64,000 nt of DNA from contig JBHJGV010000058.1 of NCBI GenBank assembly GCA_050331455.1, positions 7,324 to 71,323 on the forward strand. The letters are read 5' to 3'. Position numbers and translations under genes: made by a program. Shown piece by piece: positions 58,008-64,000 of this stretch. The DNA is from Alphaproteobacteria bacterium. Its GTDB lineage: Bacteria > Pseudomonadota > Alphaproteobacteria > JAJFIK01. Within the stretch, counting starts at the first letter, position 1. Every line of letters starts with the position of its first letter. The notes beneath the pieces were generated by a model. That model made no database searches. It was given only the letters and a program-made list of their open reading frames with translations, and was not told the DNA's origin.

Positions 58008-58708
58008 GGAGTGGGCTCCTTTTTGCTTTTGATTGTTTTTTGACGGGTCCCGGCCTTGTCCGGGGCGAGGCCCGCGCCGATCAGGCGCCCCGCTTCCCTT
58101 GCCACCTCCCCGGACACGCGCTCTCCATCCCACAGTCCGAACCGCAGCCCGAGAAAGACACTCGCGCCGATCAGTGCCCAGGCGCGCACCTCCGCATCGC
58201 CGCTGCGGATTTCCCCCCGCACCGCAGCCCCGTCGAGCTTTTCGACATAAGCCGCCGCAAAGCGCATGTAATAGTCACGATACGCATCTTCTGCGATGAA
58301 TTGGGCTTCCATGACGATGCGGTAGATGCCCGGATGGGCGCGCACGAAATCGAGATAGGCCTGGATGCCTTGCTCCTCCGCTGTCAGACGATCGGGTGCA
58401 TCATCCACCCGTTCGGCGATATAGGCCCGGGTGACCCGCCCCATATGCTCGACCACGGCGCGGAAAACGGCCTCCTTGGACGGAAAGTGCACGTAGAAAG
58501 TGCCCATGGCGACGCCAGCGCGGCTGGTGATGGCGTTGATGGAGGCGTCGCGGAAACCGCACTGACCGAACTCGATGGCCGCTGCATCCAAGAGCCGGGT
58601 GCGGGTGACGCGGCCGCGCCGGGTCTTGGGTTCGTCATGGCGCGCATCGGGTTCATCCGGCGCGGCAGCGCCCCGGCTCGGGTCACTGGGATGTGGATCG
58701 TCGGTCAC
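58004..58708 (-). CDS. TetR-family transcriptional regulator. The track ORF extends to 59473; the likely start is the GTG at 58708.
   Basis: RTRLLDAAAIEFGQCGFRDASINAITSRAGVAMGTFYVHFPSKEAVF is a TetR_N HTH. Its stop overlaps the start of the acyl-CoA synthetase gene. Confidence 0.75.
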   Translation of the reverse strand: MTDDPHPSDPSRGAAAPDEPDARHDEPKTRRGRVTRTRLLDAAAIEFGQCGFRDASINAITSRAGVAMGTFYVHFPSKEAVFRAVVEHMGRVTRAYIAERVDDAPDRLTAEEQGIQAYLDFVRAHPGIYRIVMEAQFIAEDAYRDYYMRFAAAYVEKLDGAAVRGEIRSGDAEVRAWALIGASVFLGLRFGLWDGERVSGEVAREAGRLIGAGLAPDKAGTRQKTIKSKKEPTP

Positions 58709-58758
58709 GGCGCCTCCCCGCCCCTCCAGCCGCCCATGGCGGGCCGAGGGCCAAACCT

Positions 58759-58769
58759 GAATCTGATTC
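58759..58769. promoter_or_regulatory. Palindrome GAATCTGATTC in an AT-rich divergent promoter region. Candidate TetR operator.
   Basis: Exact 5-1-5 dyad, about 50 nt upstream of the tetR start and about 240 nt upstream of the TonB-dependent receptor start. Flanked by a longer-range inverted repeat AACCTGAAT ... ATTCAGGTT. Confidence 0.3.
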
Positions 58770-59003
58770 CATATCTCTTGATTTCGGTCCTTTTCTGGCA
58801 CAAGAGTATTGGGAAAATTCAGGTTGGTTAATAGGAAACAAAAGTCGGGGCGAACCGCCGTCGCCGCCCCGTGCGCCAACCTTCCCGAAGACGGCACATA
58901 CGATGGGTGGGGGCGGCGGGTATTGGGTTTCAGGCCGGCTCCCGGGTCATCGCCGACGCCGAAAAACGGCTCGGCGCAACACAAGCCCGAGTGGGGAAAC
59001 ACA

Positions 59004-61448
59004 ATGTCATACATTAACAATCCGTCCGGGGCCGAACCTCGTGGGGACGCCTCCACCGGCGCCGCGCCCAGGACCCGGGTTTGGTTGCGCCGCCTTTTGA
59101 TGGCCGGGGTCGCCGGTGCAACCCTCCTGCCGGCGCTGGCGCCCATGGGCGCTGCGGCCCAGGAGGCCGAGACGCCCGTCGAGGCCGAGGATGACGCGGC
59201 CCCGGAGGTCGTCGAAGACGATCCCATGATGGAGCGCATGACGGTAACGGCGCGGCGCCGGGAAGAAACGGCCCAGGACGTCCCCCTGGCCATCACCGCC
59301 TTCGATGGCGACGAGCTGGTGCGCACGGCGGTCCAGGACATCACCTTCCTGTCCCAGACCGTGCCGAACGTGACCCTCGAGGTCTCCCGCGGCACCAATA
59401 CGACGATCACGGCCTTTATCCGGGGCGTCGGCCAGCAGGACCCGGTGGCCGGTTTCGAGGCCGGCGTCGGCATTTATGTGGACGATGTCTATTTCAACCG
59501 TCCGCAGGCCGCCATTCTGGATGTCTATGATGTGGAGCGCATCGAGGTGCTGCGCGGTCCGCAAGGGACGCTTTATGGCCGGAACACCATCGGCGGTGCG
59601 ATCAAATATGTCACCAAGCGCCTGAGCGACGAGCGCGAGTTCAACATTCGCCTGACCGGCGGCAGCTTCAACCAGTTCGACGCGGTGTTCACCGCATCCC
59701 TTCCGCTCACGGACACTCTGCGGGTCGGCGGCGCCGTGGCCCGCTTCACCCGGGACGGTTTCGGCGACAACCTGACCCTTGACGGCATCGAGAACTACCA
59801 GCGAGACGTGCTGGCGGCCCGCGCCAGCCTCGAGTTCGAGCCGACGTCCAACCTGTTTTTCCGGATCGCCGGCGATGTCATCGATGACGACAGCGATCCG
59901 CGCCAAGGCCATCGCCTGACAGTCGGCAATCTCAGCGGTGCGCCGGTCCTCGACAATGTGTTCGACACGCGGGCCGGCCTCAACAATCCCATCCAGGAGG
60001 TCAATGCCTACGGCATCAGCTTCCTGGCCGAGTGGCAGGTCAATGACCGCATCACCATCAAGAACATCCTCGCCTATCGCGAAGACCGCAGCCTGTCGCC
60101 GATCGATTTCGACAGCCTGCCCTCGCCGGATCTCGACGTGCCGGTGATCTACGACAATCAGCAGCTCTCGGAAGAACTCCAACTGCTGTACGAAGGCGAC
60201 TATCTGGCCGGTGTTGTCGGCTTTTATTACCTCGACGCCAACGCGTTCAACGCCTTTGACGTGATCCTGGGCAATCTGGGCGATGTGATCGGCGTTCCCG
60301 GGTTCAACTCCTTCACCCTTGGCGATGTGGACACGGAAACCTGGTCGATCTTCGGGGACTTCACCCTCGACCTTGGAGCCCTGTTCGACCTGGGCGGCCA
60401 TGGCTTGGAACTGTCCTTCGGCGGCCGTTACACGAGCGACGAGCGCACTGCCCTGGTGCTGCGCCAGACCCTTTCCGGCGGAACCTCCGAGTTCTTCGGC
60501 GGCACGGCCGTGCCCATTGCGACCACCTCGGACTTCGTGGGGTCGGAGAAGTTCACGGATTTCTCGCCCCGGGTCTCCCTGGCCTGGCAGCCCGTGCCCG
60601 CGCACAATATCTACCTGACCTATTCGGAAGGCTTCAAAGGCGGCTTCTTCGACCCCCGGGGCCTGACCAGCCAGGCGCCGGATGTGAACGGGGATGGCCA
60701 GATCACCTTCGAGGACGAGTTCGACTTTCTTCTGGTCCAGCCGGAAGAGGTCGACTCCTTCGAAATCGGCGTCAAATCGACCTGGTTCGAGGGACGGGTC
60801 AACACCAGCCTCGCGATCTTCTTCTCCGACTACACGGACGTCCAGATCCCGGGCTCCTTCGGTTTGGACACGGATGGTGACGGTCTCGATGACCAGTTCA
60901 TCGGCATCACGACCAACGCCGCCGAGGCAACCTTGAACGGTGTGGAATTCGAAGGCTCTGCTTTCATTGCGGAAGACATGGCGCGGGGCGGCGATGCCCT
61001 GTCCCTGGCCTGGACCTTCGGTTACATCGACGCCGAATTCGACACCTTCATCGGCCCGACCGGGGAGAATGTCGCGGACGAGCGCTTCTTCCAGAACACC
61101 CCAAAATACACCGCCTCCGGCACGCTGACCTATGAGACGCCGCTGAGCCTTTTCGATGTGGAAGGGACCTTGTCGCTGATCCAGCTCCTGTCCTATCGCA
61201 GCTTTGCCACCCAGTTCGAATTCGAGCTGCCGCTGCTCGACCAGGACGGCTTCACCCTGTATGACGCCAGCCTGGTCTGGGAAAGTGAAGACGGGACCTG
61301 GCGGGCCGGGATCCACGGCAAGAACCTGGGCAACACCCAGTACAAGGTCGCAGGCTACAACTTCCCGACCCTCGGCCTTGAAGGCACCGTGACGGCGTTT
61401 TTCGGCAATCCGCGTCAGGTGCTCGGCACGGTGGAAGTGCGCTTCTGA
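59004..61448 (+). CDS. TonB-dependent outer-membrane receptor. The track ORF starts at 58809.
   Basis: Signal peptide, plug region (TAQDVPLAITAFDGDELVRT ... IEVLRGPQGTLYGRNTIGGAIKYVTK), large beta-barrel, C-terminal ...VRF terminal aromatic. Confidence 0.85.
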   Translation: MSYINNPSGAEPRGDASTGAAPRTRVWLRRLLMAGVAGATLLPALAPMGAAAQEAETPVEAEDDAAPEVVEDDPMMERMTVTARRREETAQDVPLAITAFDGDELVRTAVQDITFLSQTVPNVTLEVSRGTNTTITAFIRGVGQQDPVAGFEAGVGIYVDDVYFNRPQAAILDVYDVERIEVLRGPQGTLYGRNTIGGAIKYVTKRLSDEREFNIRLTGGSFNQFDAVFTASLPLTDTLRVGGAVARFTRDGFGDNLTLDGIENYQRDVLAARASLEFEPTSNLFFRIAGDVIDDDSDPRQGHRLTVGNLSGAPVLDNVFDTRAGLNNPIQEVNAYGISFLAEWQVNDRITIKNILAYREDRSLSPIDFDSLPSPDLDVPVIYDNQQLSEELQLLYEGDYLAGVVGFYYLDANAFNAFDVILGNLGDVIGVPGFNSFTLGDVDTETWSIFGDFTLDLGALFDLGGHGLELSFGGRYTSDERTALVLRQTLSGGTSEFFGGTAVPIATTSDFVGSEKFTDFSPRVSLAWQPVPAHNIYLTYSEGFKGGFFDPRGLTSQAPDVNGDGQITFEDEFDFLLVQPEEVDSFEIGVKSTWFEGRVNTSLAIFFSDYTDVQIPGSFGLDTDGDGLDDQFIGITTNAAEATLNGVEFEGSAFIAEDMARGGDALSLAWTFGYIDAEFDTFIGPTGENVADERFFQNTPKYTASGTLTYETPLSLFDVEGTLSLIQLLSYRSFATQFEFELPLLDQDGFTLYDASLVWESEDGTWRAGIHGKNLGNTQYKVAGYNFPTLGLEGTVTAFFGNPRQVLGTVEVRF

Positions 61449-61465
61449 CGCATCCGGATGAGATC

Positions 61466-61505
61466 GTAGGATGGGGACCGCCCCATCCTACCGGTGAAGG
61501 CCTTT
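61466..61505 (+). terminator. Hairpin with T-tract between the TonB-dependent receptor and MFS genes (terminator or attenuator)
   Basis: GTAGGATGGGG accg CCCCATCCTAC, a perfect 11-bp stem, followed 10 nt later by CCTTTTG. Confidence 0.5.
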
Positions 61506-61511
61506 TGATCG

Positions 61512-62813
61512 GTGAGCGACGGACCCATGGCGAACCAGACGACGGCGGAGGGCGCGGCCCCCTATTCCGCCGGCTACAAGGTCTATGTGCTGTTCATCCT
61601 GGTGGTGGTCTACACCTTCAATTTCATTGATCGGACGATCATCTCGATCCTGGCTCCGCCCATCAAGGAAGAGCTGGGCCTGTCCGACACCCAGCTTGGC
61701 CTGCTGGGCGGCACGGCCTTCGCCCTCTTCTACACCAGCCTCGGCATTCCCGTGGCGCGCCTCGCGGACCGCACCAGCCGCACCTGGATCATGACCATCT
61801 CCCTGACCCTGTGGAGCGGCTTCACCGCCCTGTGCGGCGTGGCGCAGACTTTCATCCAGCTTTTTCTGGCCCGGCTTGGCGTCGGTGTGGGCGAGGCCGG
61901 CGGAACAGCGCCCGCCTATGCGCTTATTTCGGATTATTTTCCCGAAGGCCAGCGGGCGCGGGCGCTTGGCATCTACGCCTTCGGCATTCCCATCGGGAGC
62001 GCGCTGGGCCTTGTCCTGGGCGGCACGATTGCGGCCCAGATCGACTGGCGCACGGCCTTCATCGTTGTCGGCCTTGCGGGCATTGCCATTGCACCCCTGT
62101 TTCGCCTGACCGTGCGCGAACCCCTGCGCGGCGGCCTCGACGCGGCGCCCGCCGACGCGGTTCCGCCCTCGACGGTGGATGTGCTGAGGATGCTGCTGCG
62201 CAAGCCCAGTTTCTGGGGCCTGTCCTTCGGTGCGGCCAGTTCCTCCATCATGACCTATGGCGTGCTGTTCTGGATGCCCTCCTATTTCAAGCGCACCTAT
62301 GATCTGCCCATAGACCAAGTGTCCCTGTTTTTCGGCGGCATCGTCTTTGTCGGCGGCGTCGCAGGCGTCTGGCTCGGCGGCGCGCTCGCCGACCGCTTCG
62401 GCACGCGCACCAAGGCGGCCTATGCCCTGGTTTCGGCCGGGGCCCTCTTCACCTGCATCCCGTTCTATGCTTTTGGGGTGCTTGGGGTCCCGCCCCTCTG
62501 GCTCGCCTTTTTCGTCTTTGTCGTGCCGGGCGGGCTCAGCCTTGTGTGGATCGGGCCCGTGACCTCAGCGGTCCAGCATCTGGTCACGCCCGGCATGCGG
62601 GCCACGGCCTCGGCGATGTTCCTGTTCATCAACAATCTGATCGGGCTCGGCGCGGGCACGGTGCTGATCGGCGGCCTGTCGGATCTGTTCCGCGAAAACT
62701 ACGGCGCGGAATCCCTGCGTTACGCCATTCTTGCCGGCACCGGTTTTTTCGCCCTGGCGGGCCTTATCTTTTCCGTCACATCCCTGCGATTGGAGCGGGA
62801 TTGGGAGCGCTAG
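61512..62813 (+). CDS. MFS transporter (Spinster-like)
   Basis: 12 TM helices. FNFIDRTIISILAPPIKEELGLSDTQLGLL and LARLGVGVGEAGG MFS motifs. Confidence 0.8.
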   Translation: MSDGPMANQTTAEGAAPYSAGYKVYVLFILVVVYTFNFIDRTIISILAPPIKEELGLSDTQLGLLGGTAFALFYTSLGIPVARLADRTSRTWIMTISLTLWSGFTALCGVAQTFIQLFLARLGVGVGEAGGTAPAYALISDYFPEGQRARALGIYAFGIPIGSALGLVLGGTIAAQIDWRTAFIVVGLAGIAIAPLFRLTVREPLRGGLDAAPADAVPPSTVDVLRMLLRKPSFWGLSFGAASSSIMTYGVLFWMPSYFKRTYDLPIDQVSLFFGGIVFVGGVAGVWLGGALADRFGTRTKAAYALVSAGALFTCIPFYAFGVLGVPPLWLAFFVFVVPGGLSLVWIGPVTSAVQHLVTPGMRATASAMFLFINNLIGLGAGTVLIGGLSDLFRENYGAESLRYAILAGTGFFALAGLIFSVTSLRLERDWER

Positions 62814-63008
62814 AGCCCCAGTGTCGACTTGATCCAAAGGGCCCCGGGCCCCATTTGCGCTTTCGGTTCCGGCGGCAACGCATTGGCCCGGCCGATCCCA
62901 AGTCCACTTTACAAGACACCGGTCTTGCGCCGTGCCACGACGTGCGATGGCATACAGCGCGTGGTAACGCGTGACACCAAGGCCGACGGGACCACCGTTC
63001 GCGAAAGG

Positions 63009-63488
63009 ATGCGACCCATGACCGACAAGCGCCCCATGACCGACAAGAACTATGAAAAGACTCCGGAAGCGTTGGAGAGCCTCACGCCCCTGCAATATGA
63101 GGTGACCCAGAACGAGGCCACGGAACCGCCCTTCCGCAACGCGTTCTGGGACAACAAGGAACCGGGCATCTATGTGGACGTTGTGACGGGCGAGCCGCTG
63201 TTCCTCTCCAGCGACAAGTTCGAGTCCCATTCGGGCTGGCCGAGCTTCACCCGCCCGATCGACGCGTCCTCGGTCATCGAGCGGCGGGACATGAGCCACG
63301 GCATGATCCGCACCGAAGTGCGTTCCAAAGGGGGCGATTCCCATCTCGGGCACGTCTTCCCGGATGGTCCGGGTCCAGATGGTCTGCGCTACTGCATCAA
63401 TTCGGCGGCCCTGCGCTTCATTCCCCGGGCGGAGATGGAGGCGGAAGGCTATGGGGACTATGTTCAACTCATCGACGAAGGGAAATAA
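63009..63488 (+). CDS. msrB: Peptide-methionine (R)-S-oxide reductase. The track ORF starts at 62829.
   Basis: SGWPSF ... RYCINSAAL (SelR domain with catalytic Cys). GAAAGG RBS. Confidence 0.85.
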   Translation: MRPMTDKRPMTDKNYEKTPEALESLTPLQYEVTQNEATEPPFRNAFWDNKEPGIYVDVVTGEPLFLSSDKFESHSGWPSFTRPIDASSVIERRDMSHGMIRTEVRSKGGDSHLGHVFPDGPGPDGLRYCINSAALRFIPRAEMEAEGYGDYVQLIDEGK

Positions 63489-63491
63489 ACC

Positions 63492-64000
63492 ATGGCAACG
63501 CAAACCGCGATCCTGGCCGGCGGCTGCTTCTGGGGCATGCAGGACCTGTTCCGCAAGCTGCCCGGTGTGGTCGAGACCGAAGTGGGCTACACCGGCGGCG
63601 ACGCGCCCAACGCCACCTATGACGTGGTCAAGACCGGGCGCACGGGCCATGCGGAAAGCCTGAAGATCACCTTCGATCCGGAAAAGACGAGCTATGCTCG
63701 GATTCTGGAGTTCTTCTTCCAGATTCATGACCCGACGACGGCAGATCGTCAGGGCAATGACCAGGGCACCCAGTACCGTTCGGCCATCTTCTACATGGAT
63801 GAAGACCAAAAGCGCGTGGCCGAGACGGTGATCGCCGCCGTCGAAGCTTCGGGCCGCTGGCCGGGCAAGGTCGTGACCCAGGTGTTGCCGGAAATGCCGT
63901 TCTGGCGGGCCGAGGATATGCACCAGGATTATCTGGAACGCTTCCCGGACGGCTATACCTGCCACTTCATCCGGCCCCAATGGACCCTGCCTGAGAATCA
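63492..64000 (+). CDS. msrA: Peptide-methionine (S)-S-oxide reductase, 3' end truncated by the window. Not in the ORF track because there is no stop codon inside the window.
   Basis: Translation from the ATG at 63492 reads [36 protein letters not shown] ... with the GCFWG active-site motif. Confidence 0.85.
   Translation, partial: MATQTAILAGGCFWGMQDLFRKLPGVVETEVGYTGGDAPNATYDVVKTGRTGHAESLKITFDPEKTSYARILEFFFQIHDPTTADRQGNDQGTQYRSAIFYMDEDQKRVAETVIAAVEASGRWPGKVVTQVLPEMPFWRAEDMHQDYLERFPDGYTCHFIRPQWTLPEN

Noticed and set aside
58709-59003. Possible riboswitch (cobalamin or TPP) in the TonB-dependent receptor leader
   Set aside because: No B12-box (GCCACTG-like) or TPP-riboswitch core motifs could be recognised by eye. 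The region looks like a divergent promoter with operator-like dyads instead. A covariance-model search would be decisive.
59007-61316. 769-aa ORF on the minus strand
   Set aside because: Antisense shadow of the TonB-dependent receptor gene. Low-complexity G/R/A/D-rich translation.
62565-63980. 471-aa ORF on the minus strand
   Set aside because: Antisense to msrB and msrA, both of which have clear catalytic motifs in the plus-strand frames.

Overview
This is a high-GC (about 65-67%) alphaproteobacterial chromosome segment, densely coding and mostly housekeeping. I see no rRNA or tRNA genes, no CRISPR array, and no transposase or integrase. From start to end the content is:

- a MotA/ExbB-like protein with a long helical tail plus a MotB/OmpA-like partner (N-terminus of the first lies before base 1);
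- an orphan oligopeptide-type ABC permease pair;
- an SNF-family transporter, an atypical LuxR-type regulator and a CPA1 antiporter;
- marC and marR;
- a small polysaccharide locus (beta-barrel outer-membrane protein, Wza-like exporter, GT4 glycosyltransferase, galU);
- a run of metabolic genes (TPP enzyme, LysE, YhdH-type reductase, csaA, usg, dihydroorotase, ygfZ, VOC enzyme, tag, FabH-like KAS III, an AstE/AspA deacylase overlapping a GNAT gene, rnhA, peroxiredoxin);
- an intact higA next to a decayed higB remnant;
- a yqgE/algH-family gene;
- a 7TMR-DISM/PAS/GGDEF/EAL signalling protein whose EAL domain looks catalytically degenerate;
- a GNAT and an M16 peptidase;
- the complete aa3 cytochrome oxidase cluster (ctaC-ctaD-ctaB-small ORF-ctaG-ctaE-DUF983-SURF1);
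- tldD, then waaA-lpxK-lpxL;
- an M48 protease, a two-subunit molybdo-aldehyde oxidoreductase and queE;
- a TetR / acyl-CoA synthetase / beta-lactamase-fold operon divergent from a TonB-dependent receptor and an MFS transporter;
- msrB and msrA (3' end of msrA runs off the window).

The six-frame track allows TTG and GTG as starts and lists many long antisense ORFs that are high-GC artefacts, so several start codons were moved to internal RBS-supported sites.

The items most worth a second look are the MotA/MotB-like pair with long coiled-coil extensions, the higB pseudogene beside intact higA, the degenerate-EAL signalling protein, the ABC permeases with no ATPase or binding protein, several short tandem repeats and palindromes in intergenic DNA, and an unlisted 57-codon membrane ORF with a strong RBS.
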